A DNA stretch of 64,000 bases, taken from contig JBKBWQ010000001.1 of the NCBI GenBank assembly GCA_046314355.1, forward strand, positions 1,555,056 through 1,619,055, in the 5' to 3' direction. Below are positions 43,282 to 52,561 of this stretch, one piece after another. The stretch's first letter is position 1, and each line of letters begins with the position of its first letter. Source of the stretch: Candidatus Altimarinota bacterium. GTDB taxonomy: Bacteria; Patescibacteriota; Gracilibacteria; 1-14-2-50-48-13. A program made the position numbers and the translations under genes. Under the pieces are notes generated by a model. That model saw nothing but the letters and a program-made list of their open reading frames with translations, did no database searches and was not told the DNA's origin.

Positions 43282-43890
43282 CTATTTGTTTAAAGACTCT
43301 GTTCCTAGTGCCAATCTTAGTATGTACTCTTTATCATCTCTGATGAGTATAGCTGCTCTTTTGTAGGATTCACCTATATACATCTCAGCACTACCACATT
43401 GCACTTTGAAATGTTGAGTAAAGAACACTGCATTCTTATCTCCATCAATAACTTCTTCAGGTCTGTCATCAACTACTCTTACCCACTTTTCAAGTCCATC
43501 AAATGTCATATTCTTTTTGTGACTTAAAAGGAATTTTTCTTCATTCTTCACTAATCCTATAAAATCAGGCGAGAAAAATATATTCCATAAAGTCTCTTGA
43601 GGCTTCCATTGATAATCAAGTGGAAGTGTTGGTTCCGATGTAATAATAGTTGCTTGATCACTCTTTGTGTACGTCGGTATAATTCCAACTATTCCTTCTC
43701 CCTTATCCGTTTCTGCTAAGAAAAGAATATAGGTGTAGCCTGGGTCAGTTTCGATTAAAAGCTGCGCACTAATCTTTATTTTTAAGATAATGTCAGAACA
43801 TTTAAGCGTAGTAGAGAAATTTGAATTATTTTTGAATCCTGTCAAATCTCCTAAGATACCTGTTGTTTCTTTTAATTTTAATTGAGACAT
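43282..43890 (-). CDS. Hypothetical protein, paralog A of a three-gene array
   Basis: SD AGGAGG; motif YILF.......IVGIIPTY. Confidence 0.8.
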   Translation of the reverse strand: MSQLKLKETTGILGDLTGFKNNSNFSTTLKCSDIILKIKISAQLLIETDPGYTYILFLAETDKGEGIVGIIPTYTKSDQATIITSEPTLPLDYQWKPQETLWNIFFSPDFIGLVKNEEKFLLSHKKNMTFDGLEKWVRVVDDRPEEVIDGDKNAVFFTQHFKVQCGSAEMYIGESYKRAAILIRDDKEYILRLALGTESLNK

Positions 43891-43931
43891 TTTATTCCTC
43901 CTTTGGGAATTAATAATTTTTGTTTATGCGC

Positions 43932-43959
43932 ATACTAGTATGAAGAAATATTTTGTCAA
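43932..43959 (-). promoter_or_regulatory. Promoter TTGACA-16-TAGTAT (paralog A)
   Basis: Perfect -35; leader resembles those of paralogs B and C. Confidence 0.65.
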
Positions 43960-43966
43960 AAATAAA

Positions 43967-43996
43967 GGGCACCCGCTTTATTATAAAGTGATGCCC
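43967..43996 (-). terminator. Terminator of paralog B
   Basis: GGGCATCACTTTA/TAAAGCGGGTGCCC followed by T-rich run on minus strand. Confidence 0.7.
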
Positions 43997-44007
43997 AGAT
44001 TAATTTT

Positions 44008-44541
44008 TTATTTATTGTAGAGTGAATTGTGCTTAGCAATGTAGCACTGAACTACTACACCTTCTTCTTTTATAATTATCATTGGAACTCTTTGAGCTGT
44101 TCCAACAAGGATTTCTTTACTATCCAACTCCAGTATAGCTTCCTGAGTAAAAGGAAACTCTCTTAACTTCTCCTCAATGGAGACAGATGGATCTTCTATA
44201 GATTCAAATGCTTCCCAAAAAGTAGTTTCTTTATCCCATTTATACCCAGGAGGTATAATTTCTTCCTGCATGATAACATTTGTATAAGGGGTCTTTTCTC
44301 CGTCATCATACGCTGGTGCCAAGCCAAGAATAATTTTTCTGTCAGCTGTTCTTCCTGTGAATAATATCCAAGGTTGAGATTCTTTTTTCTGTTCTTCCAT
44401 AATGTATATCTGAATACTCGAAAGTATCGTGAATACTCCATACACATTTCCCGGAAACCAGATCTTGATTTCTTTGCCCTGAGCCTGTACTACGTCAGAC
44501 CCTAAAACATCACAAATAGTTTCTTTCAATCCTTCTAACAT
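44008..44541 (-). CDS. Hypothetical protein, paralog B
   Basis: SD AAGGAG; motif WILF.......ILGLAPAY. Confidence 0.8.
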   Translation of the reverse strand: MLEGLKETICDVLGSDVVQAQGKEIKIWFPGNVYGVFTILSSIQIYIMEEQKKESQPWILFTGRTADRKIILGLAPAYDDGEKTPYTNVIMQEEIIPPGYKWDKETTFWEAFESIEDPSVSIEEKLREFPFTQEAILELDSKEILVGTAQRVPMIIIKEEGVVVQCYIAKHNSLYNK

Positions 44542-44580
44542 TTTACACTCCTTAAAGTTTTCTAATTTTTATTTGAGCAA

Positions 44581-44608
44581 AATATAATATAAAAAATATA
44601 TTTGTCAA
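44581..44608 (-). promoter_or_regulatory. Promoter TTGACA-16-TATATT (paralog B)
   Basis: Nearly identical to the paralog C promoter-leader. Confidence 0.7.
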
Positions 44609-44623
44609 TTTTTGTTAAAGCAT

Positions 44624-44657
44624 AAAAAAAGCACCTGATTCGTATGAATAGGTGCTT
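44624..44657 (-). terminator. Terminator of paralog C
   Basis: AAGCACCTATTC-atac-GAATCAGGTGCTTTTTTT on minus strand. Confidence 0.8.
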
Positions 44658-44670
44658 AGGGTTATTTTAT

Positions 44671-45186
44671 TTAGTACTGATCTTCTCCGAGTGGAAGCCA
44701 AACTGTATTACTTTCGATAATGATTGGCATTTCCACGTTATAGTTCCTCTTTTCAAATCCAACTACGATATTAAACTCTTCTATCACGAATTGTGGTACA
44801 AATTCATGAATTTTTCCTTTTACTTCAATTTTTGAAGATTGACCTACTGTAAAATTCATATTCTGTGTAGATTGAATGGCTTCAAATCCTTCTTTCAAAA
44901 ATTCTTCTTTTCCTTCCTTTTGGTCTTTACCGAGATACGACATGTATCCAGTTACTGCTTTACCTTTCAATGTCCAGGTTGGCACTAAACCAAAGATGGT
45001 ATCATCATTATCCTTACCGACAAAAAAGATGTAAGAATCCATTCCGTCCACTTCTACTACCTTTGCAGATAGTATATTGATATTTTTATTATCAATTACT
45101 AAACTGTTTCCTTCTGCCTCAGTCACATTTGAAGCAATAATATTGTTGCTTGAGATACCTTTTAATTCTTTTACTAAGCTTGTCAT
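44671..45186 (-). CDS. Hypothetical protein, paralog C
   Basis: SD AGGAGG; motif YIFF.......IFGLVPTW. Confidence 0.8.
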   Translation of the reverse strand: MTSLVKELKGISSNNIIASNVTEAEGNSLVIDNKNINILSAKVVEVDGMDSYIFFVGKDNDDTIFGLVPTWTLKGKAVTGYMSYLGKDQKEGKEEFLKEGFEAIQSTQNMNFTVGQSSKIEVKGKIHEFVPQFVIEEFNIVVGFEKRNYNVEMPIIIESNTVWLPLGEDQY

Positions 45187-45227
45187 TTTTGTTTCCTCCT
45201 AAGGAAAAATAATTTTTATTTGAGCGA

Positions 45228-45255
45228 ACTATACTGCAAAAAATATATTTGTCAA
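45228..45255 (-). promoter_or_regulatory. Promoter TTGACA-16-TATAGT (paralog C)
   Basis: Near-perfect consensus. Confidence 0.7.
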
Positions 45256-45279
45256 ATTTTAAATATAGTATGTAATAAT

Positions 45280-45311
45280 AAAAAAGGCGGTGCATACATA
45301 TGCACCGCCTT
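45280..45311 (-). terminator. Terminator of trhO
   Basis: AAGGCGGTGCATA/TATGCACCGCCTTTTTT on minus strand. Confidence 0.85.
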
Positions 45312-45321
45312 AAATCAACTT

Positions 45322-46236
45322 CTACGCATTCATTGCCATATCCTGTCTCTTCCACTCCTTCCTTGGAGTCTTCGCGCATTCTTCACTACATGCATGATGG
45401 TGAGTCTCTTTACACGCATCACAGCAGACAAAGAGTTTATTACACTCTGCATTCGTACAGTTGAGGTATCTGTCGCATGCAGTATCACAGTGAGTACATT
45501 CTGTAAGTACGTCTTTAGTGACTGGTACTGCTATGCGGTCATCAAATACAAAACATTTTCCTTTATACAAACTCTCTTCTTCCGGGATCTCCTGACTATA
45601 CCGTATGATTCCTCCTTTGAGCTGGTAGACATTCTTAAATCCCTGTTCTTTGAGAAGCGCTGAGGCTTTCTCGCACCGGATACCTCCTGTACAGTACATG
45701 AGGATCTTTTTCTCTTTGATCTCCTCATACTGGTCAAGCGCTTTAGGAAGATCTCTGAAGTTTGCTACATCAGGAGTCACCGCATTTTCAAATTTACCGA
45801 TAGCAGCTTCATAGTTATTTCGTCCATCAAAGGCAATAGCATCAGGGTCATTCAAAAGCATTTCGTGGAATTCCTTCGGAGAGAGATGTTTTCCTCCGTC
45901 CTTTCTTGGATCTAGATCAGGTCTGTCCAAGGCAGCAAGCTCAGGTCGCACCCGTACAAATATTTTTCTAAATGGAGATTCATCGGCATAGTCTACTTTA
46001 AACTCAGTATCAGCAAAAAGCGGATGCTTTCTCATATATTTAATATATTTATCTACCTGATCTGCCGGTCCTGCGCAGGTACCATTGATACCTTCGTGAG
46101 CGATATAGATACGCCCAAGAAGTCCAAGCGCTTTGCACACAGAAAGATGCTCATAGGTCGTGAGCTCAGGATTTTCTACTTTCACATAATTGTAATAGAG
46201 AAGGACTTTGATTTCCTTCGGTTGAAGTTTCTTCAT
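45322..46236 (-). CDS. trhO: Rhodanese-domain tRNA uridine(34) hydroxylase (TrhO/YceA family)
   Basis: LLYY.YV, GRIYIAHEGINGT, RN.YE..IGKF, YCTGGIRCEKAS, GKCFVFDDR, Cys-rich tail. Confidence 0.9.
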   Translation of the reverse strand: MKKLQPKEIKVLLYYNYVKVENPELTTYEHLSVCKALGLLGRIYIAHEGINGTCAGPADQVDKYIKYMRKHPLFADTEFKVDYADESPFRKIFVRVRPELAALDRPDLDPRKDGGKHLSPKEFHEMLLNDPDAIAFDGRNNYEAAIGKFENAVTPDVANFRDLPKALDQYEEIKEKKILMYCTGGIRCEKASALLKEQGFKNVYQLKGGIIRYSQEIPEEESLYKGKCFVFDDRIAVPVTKDVLTECTHCDTACDRYLNCTNAECNKLFVCCDACKETHHHACSEECAKTPRKEWKRQDMAMNA

Positions 46237-46413
46237 AATGTAACGCAGTAAGAAGTAATGTAGGTACTTTATGCAGAAAAAAGTCTACTGAAAAAAAGGA
46301 AATATGCAATAAAAGAATCTTCTACTTTCCTTTCTGCTTAATTTTTTAATACTTTTATCGTTGGTGAGGGAACAAAAATCTTATATAATGCTTGTATACT
46401 TTTATGCTTATTT

Positions 46414-46716
46414 ATGGCGGTCTCAGAATTTACCTTTTCTGCACAGATCTGGATATATGAAGGACCGGCTTCCTGGCATTTTGTAAGCCTGTCAGTTGAT
46501 ATTTCAAAAGATGTTAAAGCACATTTCCATGGTGCATCCCGAGGATGGGGATCCCTCCCAGTGAATGTCTCTATCGGAAATACTATATGGAAAACTTCTA
46601 TATTTCCAGATAGTAAGAAAGCCATGTACATACTCCCTTTGAAGGCGGATATAAGAAAAAAAGAGCAACTTGTCTCTGGTCAGGAAATCACTTGCTCTAT
46701 TGAGATCAAAATTTAG
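46414..46716 (+). CDS. DUF1905-like protein
   Basis: W.Y.G..SWHFV, GWGSLPV...IG...WKTSIFP, LPLK..IRK.E. Confidence 0.8.
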   Translation: MAVSEFTFSAQIWIYEGPASWHFVSLSVDISKDVKAHFHGASRGWGSLPVNVSIGNTIWKTSIFPDSKKAMYILPLKADIRKKEQLVSGQEITCSIEIKI

Positions 46717-46797
46717 AAATTGTATAAGTATTTTGACTACAGCTTGAAAAAGAGCTTTTATGATCTATTATAAACTTATATTTCCAACACGTTTTTT

Positions 46798-47655
46798 ATG
46801 TCATGTTCATATAGTTCACAGACTTCAGATGAACCACTCTATGGCAGTGCAAGCAGTTGTGATATGGAATTTTATTATGCGTTGCCGAAAGCAGAGTGGA
46901 ATAAAGATCAGGTACTCTTTTCTGAGTCGCTTCCTGAAGTATTGAGAGAATGGTATTTTGCAGAGATCAAAGCTGGAAAAAGATGGTCTTTTAGGTGCTA
47001 CGAGGATGAAGAGTTGGATGAAGGTGAGTATTGTGTCCGTATCTACCCGTCAGGAAAAATTCTAAAAACTTCGGATCTTACGATTTTTATGGATGAGCTG
47101 AAGAAATTCGTAAGTGATCCCGAGAGTTCTATCGCTGAGAGTATTAGTGAGGAAGAACTCTATATCTGCACCGACGGTCCTCATGACCAATGCTGCGGAG
47201 AATTCGGATTTCAGGTTTTTGAAAAAGCAAAAAAACTTGCATATGAGTCTTTGAACACATATCAGGTAAGTCACCTAGGAGGACATAAATTTGCTGCTAC
47301 TATGAAATATTATCCTTCTAATGTGATGTACGGACGGGTGAATAAGGATAATATTTCAGGAGTATTGAAGGCAATTGAGGAGGATTATATTTATGCAGAT
47401 TGCTACCGGGGAAGAGGGATATATAACCTTGAACAGACGATAGCGGAGTATGTTTCTGTAAAAAATAATTTTGGCAGCCTAGAAGAGGTAGAAGTGGAAA
47501 CTATAAGCGATACGGTGAAAAATATTATTATTAGTTGTAGAAAAGAAGGAATTCTACTGAATCACTCTTTTAGGATTGAGAGACGGTTCTTTGAGGTGTT
47601 TGGAAGTTGTAAGGACGAGGAGAAAAAGATGGTTCCGAGATGGGTGGTGAAGTAG
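46798..47655 (+). CDS. Sucrase/ferredoxin-like (thioredoxin-like 2Fe-2S) protein
   Basis: ICT.G.HD.CCG..G ... SHLGGHKFA ... YGRV ... YRGR. Confidence 0.8.
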   Translation: MSCSYSSQTSDEPLYGSASSCDMEFYYALPKAEWNKDQVLFSESLPEVLREWYFAEIKAGKRWSFRCYEDEELDEGEYCVRIYPSGKILKTSDLTIFMDELKKFVSDPESSIAESISEEELYICTDGPHDQCCGEFGFQVFEKAKKLAYESLNTYQVSHLGGHKFAATMKYYPSNVMYGRVNKDNISGVLKAIEEDYIYADCYRGRGIYNLEQTIAEYVSVKNNFGSLEEVEVETISDTVKNIIISCRKEGILLNHSFRIERRFFEVFGSCKDEEKKMVPRWVVK

Positions 47656-47774
47656 TCATATCTACATTATGCCGGATCCTATCTGGTATCTCTTGCTACC
47701 TACAAGAGCTGTTACTAAACAAAACGGACGATCGATAAAAAATGAGCAGTCAAAGTAAGTAAGAAAATATAGTA

Positions 47775-47803
47775 CGTCATGCTGAACTCGTTTCAGTATG
47801 ACG
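47775..47803. repeat. REP-like intergenic palindrome
   Basis: CGTCATGCTGAA-ctcgt-TTCAGTATGACG hairpin without a U tract. Confidence 0.4.
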
Positions 47804-47877
47804 CGGAAGGTGTTTTTCCATTTCCTAAAAACCCAATTTCTGATTAAGATACATATATAGTATTTACTCAAAAACAT

Positions 47878-49659
47878 ATGCCTCAAAATAATCTCCCCGA
47901 GTGGGATCTCTCAGACCTTTTCCCATCTCTGGAAAGCCCTGAATATAAAGCTGAACTTGAAAACATTCTCAAAGCAAAGGATGATTTTCTAAAATATAAG
48001 GATGCATTTTTAAACAATGATTTCTCTCCTGCAGATCTTTTGAAAATGATCAAAGACTATGAGCAGCTTGAGATACGGACACTACATATCTACGCATACT
48101 CTCATTTCCAGTATGATGTAGATACTACCAATGAGTTTGTAAAAGCTGAACATGAGAAGGCCAAGAAACTTGTGACGGATATTGCGACAGAGCTTGAGTT
48201 TTTCTCTCAGGGACTAAAAAATATGCCCCATGATGTTTTTGAGGAAATGAAGAAAGCATCCGAACTCTCAGAATATAAAAGATACCTTGAAGTCTTAAAA
48301 ATCTATGAGCCGTACACAAAGTCTGAGAGGGAAGAGCAGATTCTTACAATGAAATCTCTCTACGGCTCTCAGGCATGGGGACAATTCCATACAGAGCTCT
48401 CATCAGGTATGGATTTCGGGACACTTATGGTGGATGGGAAGGAAGAAAAGATGACTCCAGCGCGGCTTGGAAATATTATTACAAATTCTCAGGATCAAAA
48501 TCTTCGATGCGCGGCATATGAGGCAGGAAGAAAGCCTTTCAAGGAAAATAGCCATCTTTTCTCCTTTGCATTCAATGCCGTTGTCTCTGACTTCGAAATG
48601 GATAGCATGCAGATCAGAGGATACACTTCCGGACTTCACAGAGGTACTTTAGGTGAAGAAGTAACTGAGACCCATGTGGAAAATATGAGAAGCTTACTAG
48701 AAGAAAAAATTCCTGTATTTCAGGACTATTATAAATGGAAGAAATCACAGCTTGGCGTAGAGAAGATGCATACCTATGATCTCTCAGCACCACTTTCTTC
48801 AAAGCGGCCCAAGCTTACTTTCGATGAAGCTAAGGATTATGTACTTTCCTGCTATGGCAATTTTAGTGAGGAGTTCAGATCACATGCTTCACGTTTTTTT
48901 GATGAAAAATGGATTGATGCACGCGACAGCGGTACGAAATATGCAGGAGCATATTCTTGGTCTATGAATAAGCATCCATATATTCTACTCAACTTCCAGC
49001 CGAGTATCCAGCAGGCGATGACGATGATCCATGAGCTTGGTCACGGTATACATGCGCTTCTTTCCTCCAAAGGACAGCCTTTTCTGATAAGAGATACTTC
49101 CAAGGTCATTGCTGAGACTGCTTCACAGTTTTCAGAAATGCTCCTGCTTGATTATTTTGAGACGGTATTAGATGACAAGGATGTAGTAAAAGATCTTTTC
49201 GCAGCTCACATTGATGATGTTCTTTATTGTCTTGGAAGCACGCTTACGGTTACAGCCTTTGAAATAGAGACACATAAAAAATCCCTTACAGAAGGAATTT
49301 CCAAGGATGTTTTAAATAATCTTTGGGAAAATTTAATCAAGAATCTGTATGGAGATGCAGTGGAACTTACAGAATATGACAGATATTCATGGTCACGGAT
49401 CCCGCATATTTTTCAGTCTCCGTACTACTACTTCACTTATCCGATGAGTTTAGCGGTAGTGCTTACACTCTACGAACTCTATCTTGAAGATAAGGCGACT
49501 TTTGTAAAAAATTATACAAAGTTTTTAGAAGCCGGCGGAAGTATTGCTACACCGGAGCTTATTGAGAGCTCATTTGGGATTACTTTTGGAGACAGAGCTT
49601 TCTTTGAAAGAGCATTTAGAGTCGTGGAGAGAATGATAGAGAAGGTAAAGACAATGTAG
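47878..49659 (+). CDS. pepF: Oligoendopeptidase F (M3 family)
   Basis: WDLSDLF, WID.....K..GAY, PYILLNF, HELGHGIH, AETASQFSE, WSRIPH....YY.FTY. Confidence 0.9.
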   Translation: MPQNNLPEWDLSDLFPSLESPEYKAELENILKAKDDFLKYKDAFLNNDFSPADLLKMIKDYEQLEIRTLHIYAYSHFQYDVDTTNEFVKAEHEKAKKLVTDIATELEFFSQGLKNMPHDVFEEMKKASELSEYKRYLEVLKIYEPYTKSEREEQILTMKSLYGSQAWGQFHTELSSGMDFGTLMVDGKEEKMTPARLGNIITNSQDQNLRCAAYEAGRKPFKENSHLFSFAFNAVVSDFEMDSMQIRGYTSGLHRGTLGEEVTETHVENMRSLLEEKIPVFQDYYKWKKSQLGVEKMHTYDLSAPLSSKRPKLTFDEAKDYVLSCYGNFSEEFRSHASRFFDEKWIDARDSGTKYAGAYSWSMNKHPYILLNFQPSIQQAMTMIHELGHGIHALLSSKGQPFLIRDTSKVIAETASQFSEMLLLDYFETVLDDKDVVKDLFAAHIDDVLYCLGSTLTVTAFEIETHKKSLTEGISKDVLNNLWENLIKNLYGDAVELTEYDRYSWSRIPHIFQSPYYYFTYPMSLAVVLTLYELYLEDKATFVKNYTKFLEAGGSIATPELIESSFGITFGDRAFFERAFRVVERMIEKVKTM

Positions 49660-50406
49660 TTAACGGGGAAAGTGCAGCCCTCTTTCCAAAATACACTGAG
49701 TATAACTAGTGAATGAAAAAGATTTTTTGAGTAGTATGACAGCTTTTTCTTTGTCAAACGGTTTGCAGGAGAAGATATCCACAAAGAGAGACTGGGAAGG
49801 GATGTGATAGTGCAGAGAAATATGGGATTCAGCAATGACCCGCAGTGCACTGATCCATGTATCCGACTCCGTATGAAATACTTCAGTGAGCGGATGCATA
49901 TCAATCTGAGCGGGTATCTCTTCAAGATAATGGATGATTGTATCCTTAATGTCTTGGAGAGATGCTGCGCCGCTTAGTTGACCTTCAGCCATAAGGTGCG
50001 GTCCATAGATACGGGGGTTGTTAGCATGCTCGACACCGTGAGCGTATTCGAGTTGAGAGCGGACAAGCGTATGCTGGAGAGAGTATTTAGTCTTATATGC
50101 TGTATCAAGTGTAGAAAGTGCAGGTCTGAATTTTTCTTCAAAATTAAAAAAATCCAGAAAGAAACACTTCTTTTTATCATTAGTGTACGTGTGTACCGTT
50201 GCATGCATGCCAGGCGCAAGCAGACATCCCGTTACACCTTCCATATCAATATGCTGATCATCAGGGTAGTACAGGATATGTCTAAAGGCGGCTGTATTTA
50301 CTGTGCTGAAGTATTCTCTCAAGAGAGATTCATCCCGTAAGGATAAAATATCTGACGCATAACCATCGACGCACATATGGACTAATGGAGGCAATGCAGT
50401 TTGCAT
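49660..50406 (-). CDS. Tandem-domain SpeD-like (AdoMetDC-family) pyruvoyl decarboxylase, copy 1, cleavage site intact
   Basis: Domain 1 H..DGY...GVTG.LL.PGMHATVHTY (no ES); domain 2 GPHLM.E...VIAESHISLH...VDIFSCKPFD...ERG; start set at ATG 50406. Confidence 0.8.
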   Translation of the reverse strand: MQTALPPLVHMCVDGYASDILSLRDESLLREYFSTVNTAAFRHILYYPDDQHIDMEGVTGCLLAPGMHATVHTYTNDKKKCFFLDFFNFEEKFRPALSTLDTAYKTKYSLQHTLVRSQLEYAHGVEHANNPRIYGPHLMAEGQLSGAASLQDIKDTIIHYLEEIPAQIDMHPLTEVFHTESDTWISALRVIAESHISLHYHIPSQSLFVDIFSCKPFDKEKAVILLKKSFSFTSYTQCILERGLHFPR

Positions 50407-50437
50407 GGGATAAAATGAAAGTGAAGGATATGTATTT

Positions 50438-52507
50438 TTAAGTATGTACTTCTGTTTCATGTCCGGTAGGAAGAAAAATGCGGAAATGTGTCTCTACTCC
50501 AGGTTCACCTATTTCTTCGATCGTAGCATTATGAAGCTCTAAATAATGTTTTACAGTGCTAAGTCCCATACCTTCCTGATTTTCATCAGTGGTAAACCCT
50601 TCCTCAAAAATCTGTTTCTTCTGAGAATAGAGAATTCCGTCCCCTGTATTGATAAAGTCCATAAAGATACCAATACCTTTTTTCTCTACCTTCATGATAA
50701 TCTTTCCTTCATTTGGTGTAAACTGATAAGCATTATTGAGCAGTTCATCACAGATATTTTTTAGTTTTTCTCTATCAGCAAAAATAGATTCGTTTGTGAT
50801 ATGAAGCTTTTCCCATGTGAAATCAAACTCTTTTTCCTGCATTTTTGCCTGATATGAAGTAAATTCCTCAGTAAAGAACTCCTCCAGAGAGATCTTGCTT
50901 ATATCCAAAATATCCTCTTTCAATTTAAGCTGCTCATCCAGTTCCCAAAGATTTTTTTCCACTGACAAAAATTTCTCATGCCCCTTTTCCTTTTGCAGAT
51001 CCTGAAATACTGCAAGAGCTGACTGTACAGAATTCTGCATATTCTTCATACGTTCTCCCAGACTCTTATTCAATTCAAGAATTGTAGAAGACCGCTCCAA
51101 CTGCGTATTCTTTTCTTCACCTTCGTGACGAAGCAGATCATTCATAAGAAAGATCGCGATATAGTCCGAAAGATTTGTAAGACTCTCTATCTCTTCCTGA
51201 AAATACATATCCCGTGAACGCTTCTTTCCTAAGGTAAGGAATCCAATAAGTTCAGAGCGGAAGAAAAGAGGGAGACATACTGCTGCATTGAGGATATTGA
51301 GATGAAGAAACGCCTTATAATATTCTTCTGAAAGTGGTTTGTCAGAAAATTCTAATTCTTCAGTTACGAGAGGAAGACGATCTCTTTTTAAAAGATCAGT
51401 TAGCTCATTCGATGGGTATACAGGTAAAAATGGATGTTCTTTCTTTTCATTTGTCATAAAAATTTCAGCTCCGCTAATTGCAAGTTTCTGCGCAAAAGTG
51501 GCGTGCATATACTGAGTAAACTCTTTAAATTCTGAGGTAAATTTTAATTGCTCAATTAGGTCGCTTACATTTTTTTGAAAAGTACGTATATTACCTCCTA
51601 ATGTAAAGTTCTTTAAAATTCCAAGATACATTGTAGAGAAAGCCAAAATAGCCATTATACTTGTACAGACTAGTCGTATATTTCTATCTGGTACAAGAGA
51701 GAAAAGAAAATGATCGAGAACAAAAGTGAGACCAAGTGCAAGTAAAAGAGCAATAAACACTCTTAGTACCTTCGAAAAAATAATCTTGATACCAAGAAAC
51801 CGGTATTGAATCATGATAAACAGTACGCATAGCGCTACAGGAGCTGATGCGAGACCACCGATCATATAGTAGTCGACATGACCTAAACTAGGTAAAATTA
51901 CATTGGTAGTAAGTACAACAAGTGCAAATATCAGATATACTATATCAAGGTAAAGTAGCTTTCTTCTTGCTAGACCTGTGGTTCCAAAGCCTTTGAATAC
52001 AAGAGCCAAGAGAATTGTTATAAAACAGATACCATAATGTACAAATAACCATGGTAGCAGAGGTCCGAAGTTATCGGTAAATGAGCTGTCAGGTAAGATA
52101 ACAATTGAATCGTAGACGAGAGGTGTAAAGATAGATAATGCAAAAATCACTAATGCCTGAATCAAAAGCAATTTTCTTACCCAAAAATAGATTTTCTTTA
52201 AAATTGGTTTTTTAAGAAGGGGGGTATTTTCGAAAGGAAAAACAAAGTCACATAAAAATAATAGCATGTAGTAAGTAAATGCTACTGATGTGGCATAGGA
52301 TATACGTGCAATGAAAGTGATATTCTCAGGTGTAGATGAGACATTCTCTAGAGGTACACTATAGTATAGAGAGAAAAGCCAGGCTGCTGTAAAGAATAGA
52401 TAGGTTGAGAAGATTCTATTTATCTTCACATTAGGATTTATTACAAGACTTGCTATACTTGTGCCAAGAAGAGTAATTATTGTGAGAAAAAATAATATTG
52501 ACTCCAT
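50438..52507 (-). CDS. Multi-TM + GAF + HATPase sensor kinase, copy 1, lacking the H-box His
   Basis: About 9 TMs; GAF (LPL...ELIGFL.LGKK.S.D.Y..EE); H-box position reads RMKNMQNSV; N/G1/F/G2 boxes present. Confidence 0.85.
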   Translation of the reverse strand: MESILFFLTIITLLGTSIASLVINPNVKINRIFSTYLFFTAAWLFSLYYSVPLENVSSTPENITFIARISYATSVAFTYYMLLFLCDFVFPFENTPLLKKPILKKIYFWVRKLLLIQALVIFALSIFTPLVYDSIVILPDSSFTDNFGPLLPWLFVHYGICFITILLALVFKGFGTTGLARRKLLYLDIVYLIFALVVLTTNVILPSLGHVDYYMIGGLASAPVALCVLFIMIQYRFLGIKIIFSKVLRVFIALLLALGLTFVLDHFLFSLVPDRNIRLVCTSIMAILAFSTMYLGILKNFTLGGNIRTFQKNVSDLIEQLKFTSEFKEFTQYMHATFAQKLAISGAEIFMTNEKKEHPFLPVYPSNELTDLLKRDRLPLVTEELEFSDKPLSEEYYKAFLHLNILNAAVCLPLFFRSELIGFLTLGKKRSRDMYFQEEIESLTNLSDYIAIFLMNDLLRHEGEEKNTQLERSSTILELNKSLGERMKNMQNSVQSALAVFQDLQKEKGHEKFLSVEKNLWELDEQLKLKEDILDISKISLEEFFTEEFTSYQAKMQEKEFDFTWEKLHITNESIFADREKLKNICDELLNNAYQFTPNEGKIIMKVEKKGIGIFMDFINTGDGILYSQKKQIFEEGFTTDENQEGMGLSTVKHYLELHNATIEEIGEPGVETHFRIFLPTGHETEVHT

Positions 52508-52561
52508 GAAAGGGGGGATTTGCTAATATTGAAATACTGAGGATTACTTATTTATTATACA

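Noticed and set aside
43242-45311. Integron cassette array
   Set aside because: No integrase; the intergenic hairpins are ordinary terminators without attC core sites; the genes have their own promoters.
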